Under the pieces are notes generated by a model, which was not told the DNA's origin, searched no databases, and saw nothing but the letters and a program-made list of their open reading frames with translations. A stretch of DNA of 64,000 nucleotides from Camelus dromedarius (Eukaryota): assembly GCF_036321535.1 (NCBI RefSeq), contig NC_087437.1, positions 13,456,001-13,520,000 of the forward strand, written 5' to 3'. Within the stretch, counting starts at the first letter, position 1. The number at the start of each line of letters is the position of its first letter. The position numbers were made by a program, and so were the translations under genes. Below are positions 21,413-35,520 of this stretch, in pieces.

Positions 21413-24400
21413 CTCCTTTAAGGCATTGAGATGTTTGGGTTGTTTGTTATGCAGTGTCAAGGCACTACAGCTGACTATTACAATCCATAAGAATTACCCT
21501 AAAACTACACCAGAAGGTAAAGGATGAGCAAATTTTCCCTCAAGGATTCTACCTGCTGCTAGAAGTTAATGGTCCCCAAGACCAGTGGGGAGAAACAGAT
21601 CAGTGCTCTTGCTTTCGAAGTCCAGAGGGAACACTTTATTTCAAGAGGAAATAAACTATGTATGTGATGTACCTAGAAACCACCCATGCCTTATTTTTTA
21701 AATTTTCCAGGCAAACCCTTCACCAGTACCAAAATGCCACTCTCATGCATCCAATCTGACTCTCACAAAAAGACAAATGACTGTAGGTATGAATATTTAG
21801 CTCATGTCCAAAATTCATCATAGATAAGATTGATTAGAACGAGTCCAAGTCATGTGTCTACATTTTAATCTAAAGCGTTTCCCTGAGGTTGGCCTGAAAA
21901 CTTCACAGGACTCAATGGACTCATAGTCCATGGGGACCGAAGTGGAGGTTTTATAAGATAATTAGTACTTTGCTTAGGGACCAAGGTGCTCACTGTGCCT
22001 GTGGGCTTCCCTTCAGCGGAGCTGCTCCTCACTGAGGTGACATTATGTAGGTGGCAGAAGCATCAAGAATTTCCACTTCAAGTTCTCAATTCACATCCTG
22101 GTGTCAAAATGCATTGTTGGTTGGAAGTGCGGCCTTGTGTTATTTGCAAATAATCCTTCAAAGCTCGATCAGCTATCTGGGATGCTCAGCACTGAATCTC
22201 GGATTTTTCATTTCCTGAGATGTCACCTGAAGTGACTTAAGTTTCTTTACAACAAAGTAATGATAACTATTTCCTGGGATTATTTTAAAGGTTCAGTGAG
22301 GTATTGTGTGTCAAGTCCATGCTGTGACACTTGGATACAGGATCTAAGAGTAGGTTCGGTATTACGTGCTGCTTGGACATCTGGTGAGATTGGGGGGTGC
22401 ATGAATGGGTTAACCACTAATTCCCCTCCCCACCACTCTGCTCCGATGGGTAAGTTCCCCCAGCCAAATAGCCATCCACAATCCCTCCTGGGACCAGTCA
22501 CAGTCCTTGCTTACCCCTGAACAGCAGGCTTCGGTTTCCTGCCAGCCCACAGAACTATCCAAACAAGCCAATCACTTCCTCCTGTGGAAATCAGGAGTTT
22601 CCGTGCACTCTCAGGACGACAAAGCCTGTCTCCCCCAGCCTGTTGTCCCACTCTGTTCTTCAGTGCCACCCCGGGTAACTCTGCATGGCCTGCAGTGTTC
22701 TCCCCTGGGTTGTGAGTACAGGTAACTAATAAATGGCTGTCCATCTTATCTGTCCAGTGTTGAATGTCTTCTATGTGGCCATCCCTATAATGCAGGAATT
22801 TCTCTCTACAATGTGGTAAAGAGGGATGCTCAAAATAAATACCAAGCACATGGAAAATAATAAATGGTAAACGATGTCATAATTTTCAAGACAAATTGCT
22901 CTCCAGCCGCTTAGAAATCCCTTTAATAAAGTTGCCTTTCCTAAGGTACAGGTGTTCATCCTCTGTCTTTTGTTACCCAGAGCTGACATGTGGATACCGG
23001 AGAACAAGGGAGAGGGGCGAGGGCCACCAGTGGGGAGAAACCAAGGGATCTGCTCAATTGATTTCTCCTCAGTGTGACCCAGAATGTAAAGGAAACAGGA
23101 GTAAAAAGCCAGGTTCCATAGCCACTATAATCTCTCAACGTTTTTAGGGTGTCTGGCCCCACTGTGACCTGACAGGTTCACCCCAGGGCACCCAGAGCCA
23201 CTGGCTCTGTCTCAGCACCCTGGGAGCTTCCTGGTCTGCGAGCCTGGACTTGTGCCCTCAGTGAGGCTGGAGTGTAAACAGGACCTCTGAAGGATCTCGT
23301 GAGGACAGAAGTGAAGCTAGCACATCCTCTGTGGCTCGTTGCTACCGCTTCCTGAAGGATACTTCTTCCTGAAGTTCCAACCATTATATTAAATAAGGTG
23401 TAGCGACCGTGTTGGTCACTGTTGCCTTTGCTGCACTTGGAGTAATGGCTCACATTTTGAGGACTCTCCTCAAACATGTGTTGAATGAATTATTGATTAG
23501 TGAATTTAAAAGTCAACTAAATTTACTATGTACCTAACACACCGTAAGAATATAAGAATTATAAAACAAGATCCCTAAACAGAAGGAGACACTGTATATT
23601 TGACAAGACAATAACCAGAAACACGCAGAGCAAGGAGGAACTCAATGTGGGAAGGAAGAGTTGGTGATGGCTCCTTGAAGAAGGCGGGGAATTAAAACTG
23701 AGTCTGAAAAGAGAATGAGAAGAAACCAGAAGGCAGCAGGAAGTGGGCAGGTGAACAGACACCTGTGCTGTCCCATTGGAGGCTAGCCTCCGTGTCTCTT
23801 GCCCCCTGTTTCCAGAAGGAAGCCAGAATGTGGATGAATAGGCACGTGTTGTGCTGCAGGAAATGCCTGTGAACCTTTCAAACAAATCATCATCTCAAAG
23901 TATGCAAATTAAATCAAAGGATTTCTTGTGAAAAGAAAGACACAGTAATTTCGTCCCATTTGGCTTTTCTATGAACAGCAACATTACCAATTTTGAATGT
24001 TCTCATCTGAAATGTAGTGCACCCAGTGTACCACTAAAATATCGTTGATACGATGTAAATGTATTCCCACCTCAGGATAAACTCATGAAAAGTGTCAGTT
24101 TTCCCTTGTTTTTTTTTTTTTTTATTATCAACAGAATAAAAAGGGAGCCATGGTGTAATGAAGATTTGACAAAGCAATGTTGATGCGACAAATATCTGAG
24201 GCGTGGAAATGGAAATGTGACATAAAATGTGATCACTAAAGGAAAATAATGGTACCTTCCAACTTGCCCCCCAAAATCCCATTATAGAAATAGGAATCCA
24301 GGAGTCATGTTCTTAGGGAAAGACTTCAAGCCAAATTCTTTCTCTGCTACTCTAGGAGTGTGGTTCTATGTCAAAATATTAGAATTATGAGTTGAAATAT

Positions 24401-25259
24401 AGTCTTCAAAGCCTGGATTAATGAACAAAAATCATATTGCCAACCAAAAAAGAGCAGCTAACCTTTCAAGTAAAATAAATTGTTACATTCTGAGATATTA
24501 TCCCAACTCCATTGTAGATAGAAAAGATATAGGCCATTTACTGATACTTTTCAAATGTTTTATGGCTGATGTAAATAACTTCTGCTTGTCAATTTTTAAC
24601 ATGCACACACAGAGTTCCTCAGTTATTATTTTGGAATAGAAATTTCATTTTTAAGCCAAACTGACAATGCTATCTGTTTATGCCTGATATGTTTCTGTCA
24701 CAATATCTCACAATTCCAAATAGTCCGAAGCATGTAATTCCTTCTTGTAGTTAGAAACTCGAGATGGCTAACATTGTGTGGTGTTGCCTGAGCATTTTCC
24801 AGGGATTAGGGATTTGTGATTTAGGTTTAGAGAGTCTCATTGTCCTGGTGATGTGAGATACTTTTGATATAACTCAGGGAAAGTGGTGAATGGTTTCTTT
24901 GTAGTTATAAGGCCAAGCTATTAATTCATAAGAAAGAAAGTCAAAGTTAAGTTAATATGAAGAATAGCTTTGTTCAAGTTGTCCAGACTTGAGAATCCAG
25001 GAAGGAAATGAAATTTTGCAGCACTGTGATGTGCTTGGATTTAGATATTCCTGGAGAGAACCGTCCACTTCTTGGAGAACATCCTTCTCATTCTTTCCCT
25101 CCCCACTTCCCTAATTCCCCATCCAGAATGCATGGGAGCCTAGACCAACTCCCTTCCTGTGCGAGTCTTGGACACCAAGACCAGAGTAGCACAACTAGGC
25201 AGAGGCTAAAAAGGACTGCACTGCCGATCGATGCCCAAGATTACGAAAATGTATAGGAT

Positions 25260-25486
25260 AAACGAGGGGTTGAGGATTAACAGGCGCATATTACTATATA
25301 CAAAATAAACAACAAGGACCTACTGTAGAGCACATATGCAATTTCTTATAATAACATAATGGAAAACAATATGAAAAGAAAAAAATATATATATATGTAT
25401 GTATATGTATAATTAAATCACTTTGCTGTACACCTGAAACTAACATTGGAAATCAGCTACACTTTAGTAAAAAAATTTTTTTTAAA
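25260..25486 (+). mobile_element. 5'-truncated L1 3' end (artiodactyl L1_Art-like) with TSD
   Basis: ATAAACAACAAGGACCTACTGTAGAGCAC...AATCACTTTGCTGTACACCTGAAACTAACA. GTATAGGAT duplicated at 25251-25259 and 25487-25495. Confidence 0.85.
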
Positions 25487-26402
25487 GTATAGGATGTTAG
25501 AAGAGACAGACGGAGGCTACGATTTGTTGGAATCTGGTAGTTCGGAAAAGAAAAAAATGAACAACTTGGATTAAAAAATGTGGGAAAAGTTTAGAGAGAA
25601 AAGTTGAGGAAGTAGGAAGATAAAAGCAAACAAGTAACAAAGAGGTCATGTTTGACACTTCTTTCCAGGATATGACCTGTCTCGCAGGCATCACCTGGAA
25701 GTGGAGACAGGATGGGTTGCCATTAACTCCATCTTCCTACCTAAGTGACCTGTTTCTTTGGGGTAGTCACCCAAGCCCCTTCAGCTAAGGACTTTGAAAA
25801 CCCTCTGAGTAATCTAGTGACTGGGGAAGATGCTCCTTTCCTTCCTGACCACTGATGGGCTAACGTAGCATCCTGGACAAACAACTCAACAGGCAGGGAG
25901 AAGCTTGCATCTGAGACCCACTACCTGGTGGGAAACATGTGGACGTTGACTCCCTGCAATCTGCCACCTTGTCCCACAGCTCACAGCTAGAGAGCCAGCC
26001 TGTGAGCAGAAAAGCAGGGAAATCAGAAGCGAGAAGGGGTTTCTCCTTCAGTTATATTATTCCTGTTATGTTTTGCGGTTATGGAACTGATGGTGTCAAC
26101 ATGAAAGAGAAAATAAAGAAAACCAATTTGGGCACAATATGTAGGATGACCAACAAGTCAACCAACCGGTGGAAATCCACACCCAGCTGGTGCCTCACGT
26201 CCCGTCCCATGAGCCGAGGTCTCGAAGAGCGGGCGCTCAGCTTGCTCCAGATGGAGACAAAGTCTGTAGCAGTTTCCTCAGTCAGGTTTGTCATGGCAGC
26301 CCCTGCAAAAATTTAGCAAGGAATGGAGATGAGTAAGAGGAAGGAAGGGAGAAGCGGCTAGGACAGCATGATGTGAGCTCTGTGGTCTTTAGAATCTGGT
26401 CT

Positions 26403-26570
26403 GGAGATTCCCAGTCTTGGCTGCACATTAGAATTGCCCCAGGGAACCTTAAAAGTCCCGGTGTTCATGCCTGGACCAACTAGCTTAGCAGCTTGATGGG
26501 TGGCACCCAGGCATCAGAATTTTTTTAAGCTTCCCTGGTGATTCCAACATGCAGCCAAGATCATGGTACA
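26403..26570. mobile_element. MER5A-like hAT-Charlie MITE
   Basis: CTTGGCTGCACATTAGAATTGCCC...CCCAGGCATCAG...TTTTAAGCTTCCCTGGTGATTCCAACATGCAGCCAAG with terminal inverted similarity. Confidence 0.75.
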
Positions 26571-26679
26571 TTTTCATGTCAGGAAGATACCAGGAAGCAC
26601 AGATTCAATTCCAGCAGCTTGGCAGTTTGGGGAACCCCTCGTGGTAACATGCAGATCTACAGAAACTATGCTGTTGACT

Positions 26680-26845
26680 ACAATGATTCTCAAACTTAGC
26701 TGCATAGTAGCATCACCTGGTGAAATTTCTTTTTTTTAATTGTACTGCCCAGGTCACAGTCCAGATGAATTAAATCAGAATTTTATAGGTCAGAACACAT
26801 GTATCAGTATTTCTTTACTTTCTTGGGTTATTTCAAGTGCCATTT
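26680..26845. mobile_element. Second MER5A-like element
   Basis: CAATGATTCTCAAACTTAGCTGCATAGTAGCATCACCTGG...AATTAAATCAGAAT. Confidence 0.65.
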
Positions 26846-28189
26846 CTATATTGCAAATGTTTCTTAGTTTTATATGCAGAGAAATCACCAGTGGATGTTG
26901 ATAAAATGAAGACTAAAATTGAATAAGTCTGGATGAGAACTTTCTAACAAGCTCGGTGATGCCGATGCTGCTGGCCCATGGGTGACACATGCAGTAGCAA
27001 GACTTTAGTCCATTTTCTCTTCAGAAAGTGACCAGAGACATAAATATAGGTCAGCAGCTGCCTTAGGAATTTCAGAGGAGCCCCAGTTCTCTTGCCAATG
27101 ATCAGAAGGAGGGAAGGAGAGAGAGAGAGAAGAAAAACCAGAAACTCATCATTTTGCAACATATACATTATAAAATCATTAAGTTGCACACTCTATTACA
27201 AAGTTATACGTCAATTATATCTCAATAAAACTGGAGAAAGAAATCGTGCACCCTCATAATATCACATTCTTTCATAACCAAGTCTAAATTCCCTGCTCAC
27301 AGGAGATAAAATGTGCTCACAATTTTGTGGTCCACATCCCTGTGACATTTTTGTATTAGGTACCACGTTTGCTAGTTATGCAGTGGCCAAAGGAGCAACT
27401 TTCTCCCTTTGCACAACCATACAACTCTGAGACGTGAGTTTGCAAGTCATCTTTAAGGCTCTGTTTGTCGGTGCACATAGAAAGCACAAGGGAAGGGTGG
27501 GATTCCCAAGAGTGGAGATGTGGCCAATAAAATAAAAGACAATCCAAGGTTCCGCATTTGTCAAATCTCCCCAGGAACACACTCCAGTATAACCTACATC
27601 ACTTCCCGCTTCCTTCCACGGGAGAGCGGGAAAAGGGCCATCATAAAGTAGCTGGTTCTCAATTGTCCAGCCATTTGAAAAGTGTTAGAGAATTTGGATC
27701 CAAAAGACACATAGTGCATTAGATCAAATCTAAAATGATAAACGGTATTATAATAAATGGAATATTCCACACCTTCAGTCCAAGAAATTGACTGTACAAG
27801 TTGCGATTGGGGAGATCTGAAATGATAGGAGTAATGAATACAAAATATGTACATATTTTATCTGAGTGCAAGTACAAATTAAGTCAATTAAGGTTGCTGT
27901 CACTTATTCATTCCATTATTCAAAAAAATCTAGGTCATGTCCAGTGCTAAACCTTATGCATACAGAAAGTCAGACAGGCTCTCTGGCCTTCATCAATGCA
28001 TAATCTAGCGGTGAGAAAGTTGTAGCTGAGGTAATTGGCTGCAGAAATAAGCACAGTGTTGAACCAAAACCACCTTTGCACATTTCTTCTTTTCACCTGG
28101 TGTGTATTCATCTCTGGGACAGATGACGTAAGAGGAACATTGACAAAGCACATGCCTTTCGGAGGCTGTCATTAGAACAAGTCTACAAA

Positions 28190-28570
28190 CACAGCTATGT
28201 TTGAGAAACAGGGGACCCTGGGATAAATTTTGCTATGATTTTCAAATACGGGAAGAGTGATTATTGACAAGTGGATTGGAGTTTATTTTGTCAAGCTCTG
28301 GAAAGCTGGCCCAGCGCCAGTGGGTGTTACTTACTAGGCAGCAGATCCGACTCAGAAAAAAAGCAGAACCAGAGGGGGCGCCCTGCTCAGAGAGCGCCGC
28401 ACACACGCTGAGTGCTCGCTGTGCAGAGCGAGTGCCTGTCCCTCAGGGCCCGTGCACAGGCACTAGAGGACACTTCGTCAGGGAGGATCTAGGGAGGATA
28501 TCAGCCGTGGGTAGGAGCATAGGACGACAGGCTCAGGGAACTCCCAAATCTGAAAACCCGTGAGTGCATC
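28190..28570 (+). mobile_element. L3/CR1 LINE 3' remnant
   Basis: TTTTCAAATACGGGAAGAG...CCAGTGGGTG..TTACTAGGCAGCAGAT..GACTCAG resembles the recalled L3 3' region; highly degenerate. Confidence 0.4.
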
Positions 28571-31500
28571 ACAGGCTACATGGTCATTGTCTTGTCTGTG
28601 ATGAAAAGAATAATCTGAAAGTGCATTCAAATTTCTCAGACCCTCTTTTGGTTATAAAGCTGCACATCTAAAAGGAGGCGGGGTCTGAATGTGCTCAAGG
28701 TCCCAACTGGAGACTGGGGTACAATTGACAGGGGTTCACAAGAGGCTTAGAGGCTAGGTGTCCCATTGGACATTGAGAGCACACTGACAGGAAATGATCG
28801 CAGGCAGGACCATAGAAAGTAAGATTTATGACAAATGTGAGTGTTGAAAAATAAAATACAAGAGGCAAAAATAACACCTTGGAAACATGATCAGTCCCCC
28901 ATGCATCAATAGACTGGAAAATGAGGATGTATGGAAGATGGATTCGGGTAAATGACTTGGATCAGACTGGGGAAGTCCTAAGAGTTTCACAGGCATCTTT
29001 ATGTGCTATGAGTCATGTGTTTAAAGACGCCCACTGGTTCTGGCAAAACAGGCACATTGCCTTAGCCCAGACCCTGGGCCTACCTGCTGGCCTTCAGCTC
29101 CATGACCAACTGGTTTCCCTACTCTCCTTCCAGGACATGGATCATGTAGAGTTGCAGCGAGCCCCTCCTTTAGTTAATCACAGGCCTGATGAATCTCAAC
29201 CAGACCATCTGGGCTGATAGCCAGAGCGCACACACAGCCAGTGGGCTCCAGAGTGGACAGCACTCGGCGCTGGCCTGGGTGGGAAAGGGGAAGCAGGGTT
29301 TCTCATATTTCTAAAATACCTTGTCTTATTAATAGCACCCTTACTGATCCAAAAAGGGAAAGGCTTTAAACTTTAACATCCTTTCTGTCATTTTCTCATT
29401 TCGCTCATTCTGTACAAGCGAAGTACAGGTTTAGTTTCCTAACGATACCCTATTAAGTTTTCATTATTATTACATGTGGGTCTCTACTGATGCTATGAAC
29501 CATTTGTAAAAAGTTACTTTCTTTGAAATTTTCTAAAACTATTCTGGAAACAGCACTATTTTCACTAGAATTAATAATGAACCCCTCACCCATTCCACCA
29601 ACCTTTTTTAATCCTTCCTAGAGCCCAGATTTGTGTCCTAGGATCTTATTCTCCTTATCTCACCAGTCAACAAACTTTATTTGAACTTTCTAGGATTTGG
29701 GTTTAAACATTAGGTAGAATACAAAACAAAAAAATCAGGATAAAATAAGAAACCATTCCTTGGTTCAAGGAGTTGATTTGGATAATCCGATTGCAAATCC
29801 TTCTGTTAGGGGCAGACTTGCAAAACCCCAATCAACACGAAGAAAATCTTTCATAAAAGCATCTCCTTGCCACAAAATGTTTTGCTGCCTCTTCCTCAAA
29901 AAGCAAGCCTTCTGTGAAGACGCCTAGCACGCTACATGATTTAAAGTGGTTTTTATCCTGTTTAAAATGTTGTTGCATTAAAAAATAAGATCAAGGTATT
30001 GTGTTGCAATCAAGGAAGGTGTCGCAAAAATAACAGATACGTGCAATTTGAAAAATTTTCATATCCCTATAATTATTTACACTCCTACTTCCCTTCTTTG
30101 TCCTTATCATTTCTTTTTTGTTTTCCATTCTTATTCTTCACTTTCTGTTCCATCAGCCTTTCCTTCCTTTACTCCCTTTGCTTCCCAGTGCAGAGCCAAC
30201 CTAGCATATAGTCCAAGTGAAATTTCTACAGAAGTATCTTTTTTTCATGAATTTTCAAAGAGACAGATTCTTTCTACGCAATCCTACCTCTTTTGCAATG
30301 GAACGTGCGTCTGGGTTATAAGACAGCTTCCAGGCTTCTCAGCCTCTTTGGATCTGGAGACGAAGGGGGAGAAAGGGAGCTGGTGACTGTCGGGTAGGTT
30401 TCTATTTTTATCTGTGAAAGTTTCAGTTGACAGCTCTGCTTGTAGATGATTTTTTTTCTATCACTTTAAAAGTTTAAGGAGGACAAAGATTGATCCACTT
30501 CCTTTCTAAAGAAAAAAAAATCTACAGCAATTGTGATAATCTTGTAGAAATATGTCCTCTCAAGAACAAATTGCTTTCATTTGAGAGGTTTCTAGAATCC
30601 TACAGCATTCTTCTGGGAGAATGACCAGGTATCCAAAGGATGGAGATTGCTGTAACTCGACTGGAGTCATCCACCAGGAAAAACAAGTGGTCAGCTCCAG
30701 GGAGACTCGTCAAGATGGAACCTGGCATTTGTCATCAATTCAGCCAAGAGCTACATAGCTCAGTTCAGGGTCAAGATACAGCCAGTCTCTCTGCTTTACA
30801 GAACCATATAGGAAGAAATTATTCTGGCCAAATAAATACATTAACCGGGTATTTCTAACTATTACACATTAATTCTACACCAGCACTTACAGCCTTGTAC
30901 TGTAAGCATCACTCCACCTTTTTTTTTCTCTCCCCTTCAACTAGCGGCTCACTATTTGAAGTTAAAGACCATGTTACATCTATCTCTGTGACCACATACT
31001 AAGTATATAGGAGACACTGGCATGAATTAGGCTTTTTTTTTTTAATGTGGTAAATAGTGAAAAATGCAACTCAAATTGGTGTAAATAAAGAAAATCTGAA
31101 CAATCTACAAATAGATCTGGCTGCAGGTGAAGCTTGATCTGGTCTTCAAGCGCCCGGCTTCCTTGTCTCTTCGCTCTGCCTTTCGTGGTACAGCTTCCAT
31201 TCCAGCTGTGGCATCGACTGAGTGCAGCAACTCTGCAGCCTCCTACACTAACACATAGTATTCTGAAAAAGAAAGAACACCTCTCAGGAAATAGAAAAAA
31301 AAGCCCCTGTATCCAGAATCCCCAGCGATAGTCTCCTTGACTGTTTCAGTCTTTCATCCGGTCCCTGAGCCAGTCAAGTGTGAGTAGTGAAATGAGATGT
31401 GCTGTTGAGCACAGGCCAATCAGAACCCTCCTTCTGGAGTCTGGAATAATCAAATCTATCCGGGCCACATTCCCCATAATATGGAATGGGTGAATTCCAA

Positions 31501-34500
31501 AAGAAGTTAGGGTAACTATGGTAGACAAAAGGGGCAATGGATGTTTGGGGAAACCCCTCTCCCAAAATTCTTTATAGTACTTAACTAAGAAGTAAATTAA
31601 TGTGTTTTTAAGGTAAAAATCTTTTATCCAAGTGTTAGAAACAGCATATACTGTTTACTGAAAATGCGCCTGAGAATTTTTGAAATGATATTTATTTAAA
31701 AACAATCTAAGTCCTCATGGCCATCAGTGTGCTTGATTTTTAGATACAAAAACACAATATTTTCTTTTCGAGCTTTGTGCTGGCTTGAATTCTAGATAAA
31801 CATACTGGTTTCAAAAACCTTAAATACCAAACAGGAAACAGAGGAAAATATATGAATTGTGCCCCAAAATGTATGAAACAGCAAACCAAGCCAAACTTTT
31901 TACTGGTAGGTTTGGTTCTTAAAACACGTAAAAACTATTCAAGAATCTACAGGCATTTGCTTCCCAGACCCACAGCCAGAGGAAAGGTGACCAGTTTCTA
32001 TAAGTCATGTGATTGAAAGAGGATATTAAATGGTCCCAGTGCTTTGACACAAGTACCTTGAAACCTGCACCTAATGGTTAAAAACCCTTTCCTAATGGAC
32101 AGAGAGACATGGCTTTTACAAGGCAAGCATCTTTGGGAGAAAGATTAAAACACACTCTCCCTCCAGAAGGCACCTCCATAATCAAATACGTTTCTGAATT
32201 ATTGAAAGAAACTTTGCAAGACAGAATAGTTGTCTTCTGGACCAAGCGAAAGTCATGACTGTAAAGGACTAAACGCATTGATCCTGCCACTTTGAGATAT
32301 CCCCTCGCTTTCTCCTCAGGAATTTCTATTAATCCTATAAAAATCCGACTCTTATTCTTATATCCCCAGTGCCGACCTCAGAGCCTGGCTCAAACTAGGC
32401 TCTGAATAAAGGTTAATTCTAAAAAAAGGAATAAAGTTGAGGGAAGCCTTACTGAGACATTTTTATTGTGAAGGGATAAAAGGGGTGCCATCCATTTAAA
32501 GATGGGGCCTGGGTGACATCTGGGTTCCATATGACTACAGAGTTAAAAGCAAGCCACCCTCTGTTTTCAGCTCCCTACTCCATAGTTGCCCCATTCATAT
32601 TGAGTCTTTTGTCACCATTCCTGCATCTTCTGGCCACTGACAGGTGTTCTGAAAGATTACAGTGTAATCCTTTCCATTTGGACTTCACTCATGGTCTTCT
32701 AACACTCAGTTCACTGAAGCTAACACATACTTAGGTCACAAATTATACATCAGTATTCATCTACCGCTTTAAAATGGATTCTTCTCTTTCAGGGAGGAAA
32801 TTTGTAATTGGGTTGAATTATTTTAATTAGATGCTTGTGTCTCATTTCTATTTATCAATTTTTCCTGAAGGTCTCAGGTGGGGATTTCACTAAATTCTGT
32901 TTTTAATTCATTCTCCTGAAGTAGATACACCTCTCAAGGGGGTGATCCATGGGACCAGAGCCCCAGGTGAAATGAAAAGAACCTCACATTCTGCAGACCA
33001 CAGAAGTCTTCCTTCAGACAAGCGGAAATGACTGAGGCCCCGAGAACCGCCCTCTCACCAAAAGGCAGCACCGCTGTGCTGAGCAGCATCTCCCCGCCCC
33101 CAGGAGGGAGCAGCTTCTTGATATTAACGACAAACAGTGTCATCACGCGTCTCCCGCGGGATCACTTCAAGCTCCGGCCCAGCACGCTGCCCACCGAACA
33201 GTTCTCTGAGGCAAATGGCAGGTCGAGTTTGAGGGGCCACGCAGTGGTGGTGACAGTCCCTTAGCAGCTCACTCACTTGTCAGTCCAGGTGGCTGTAGTC
33301 AGTGTTGGCTCTGATGAAACAAAGAAAGCAAATAATGCAAGCTGGCACTGATGGCGAGCGGCCATGGTCCAGCGACGTCTAGGACACATTTCTCCTCACT
33401 GTATGCCTAGCACCAGCCCATCAGACGTTCGGGAAGTAATGTGGAGGGTGTAGCATCAGCCAGCCCAGGAATCAGAGGACTAGTTAGCAGTGTGGCCTTG
33501 GACAGCCATTGCCTTCTCTGTCAAGTAGCTCCCTCATGGAAAACAGAGACTCGAGCAAGATCATTCTGGGGGCTCCTCCCTTAGCAGATGTCATGGAGAC
33601 CCTTATCACAAGCCCTGTCTTCCTTCAAATTTATCATCTTGGCTTGATATGCCCTCAACAGCCTGACCCCAACTTATATTCATGTCCTTCCCTCCACCCA
33701 CACCCAACACACAATCCATTCATGCTAAAGAAGGCGAGAGATGAGCACACTCACCCTGAGGTTCACATGACTGTTGGCCTCCCCCGTAAGTCCCTACCAG
33801 GAACGAAGCCTTTTTTTCCCTTCATTGAGTGCCCAAGCCAGCCCAGAGCTTGGCACTTTATAAGTGCTCAATAAATGCTTGTAAAATGAAAGAATTCAAT
33901 GTGTTGCTTCTCCCGGGGTTATTTATTTATCAAGTGGAGATGCACAAAGCTTAAAATTGCTGATTTTCGAAATCAGTAGTTAGCAAGTACATTTCTGAAG
34001 GATAGGGGAGTCTACTGATACACCTGGTGGTTTATTTCCTAGGTGCCTATATACATGTATCCCCCAAATCCTGCCATTGTTCTCAGTCCTTTTTTCATGC
34101 ATTTGCTGAGTCCTGGCGTGGCTTTCTCTCTGTCTCTCATTTTTTCCAAGCCCTGTACCATTCATGACAACTTCTCAATCTCCAGGCCCACATTTGTCTT
34201 TCCTCTTCTAAAGTCCTGTATCACTACCATTCACTTTTTATTTATTAATATTTAACATTTCCCAGGGAAAAGCACGGAGATCAAGAGATTCAAATTCTAG
34301 TCCTAAATCAGCACTGTCCAGCCCTAAAATTATGAATGTGTCTCCACTTTACTGAATCTGATGACAGGATTTGATGAATCTGGCCCTCAGATAAGCTTCA
34401 GCTTTTGTGCTTGGTGATTGATAAGTTCCATCTGGAGCAGGATGCTGTAAAGATTTCCAAGGCAGTCCTCGGGGTCAGCGAGAAAAAGTTCAGTTAGCAA

Positions 34501-34989
34501 CTTTTGCCATTGCCAAAGCAAAAAATCACAGCCAAGCAATAGACCCAGGACTAAACTTCAGGAGTATCTGGGCACCTGCTGTCTTCCTTATGAGGTCCTA
34601 ACATGATCTTTGTCTCACCCTTCTCCGAAAGGGCTCTTCTCTGACAAGGGCTGCTCAACTCTGCATCCTGCCCATAGCAGCCACTCCATTAATATATTTT
34701 GAATGAACAAATGACCTAAAGCTTGAAAAATCCTGAAGGCATCCATTTTAATTAAATCAAAACATATTGAAAGAAATCCACAGGTCTATTTTTCCAAAGC
34801 ATAGTTTTTCAAGAATTTATTTTTACTTCACTCTCCTAAGACTTAAAACGTGGGTTTCCCTGGAAGGAATTCCATTTATCCGATGTGATGATGAAAAGCT
34901 TCTGTATGCTACTAGAGGGCTACAGCCACATGCTTGATGAATTCTGTATGGTTAAGCAACTGAATTTTTTTGGTATGCAGCATTTATTT

Positions 34990-35520
34990 TTATTTCTTTA
35001 ATAACAGCTTTATTGAGATATAATTACATCCCATAAAGTTTATCTTTCTGAATGCTAGAATTCAATGGTTTTTAATACATTCACAGAGTTGTATATTTAT
35101 CACCACTATCTAATTCGAACATTTTAATCACCCCAAAATAAGCCCCATATCCATTCGCAGTTATTCTCAATTTCCCCCTTGCACTAACCTATGGCAACTA
35201 CTAAACCACATTCTGTCTTTATGGGTTTCTATCTTTGGACATTTCATATAAATGGAATCACACAATATGTGGTCCTTGGTGTCTGGCTTCCTTCATAGGG
35301 CATCATGTTTCCATGTTTCATCCATTGGTAGCATATGTCAGTACTTTGTTCCTTTTATGACCGAGTAATATTCTATTGTATGGATAGACCACATTTTGTG
35401 GGTCTATTCATCACTTGATGGCATTTGGGGTGTTTCTACTTTTTGGCTATTGTGAATAACACTGCCATGAACACCTTTAGGTTTTGTGTAGGAGGAATTG
35501 GGTCAAGCGGTAAATCTATA
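34990..35520 (-). mobile_element. L1M (L1MB-like) 3' end
   Basis: CAGCTTTATTGAGATATAATT...TGGACATTTCATATAAATGGAATCACACAATATGTGGTC...TTTGGCTATTGTGAATAA. Confidence 0.85.

Noticed and set aside
23211..23230. REST/NRSE-like TCAGCACC
   Set aside because: Left half-site only; the GGACAG right half is absent.
28366..28384. CTCF-like motif AGGGGGCGC
   Set aside because: Only the 3' half fits the consensus and it lies in degenerate L3-like sequence; not supportable without ChIP data.
32990..33400. Local CpG enrichment as a CpG island or promoter
   Set aside because: Short and only moderately CpG-rich, with no associated exon or TSS evidence visible.
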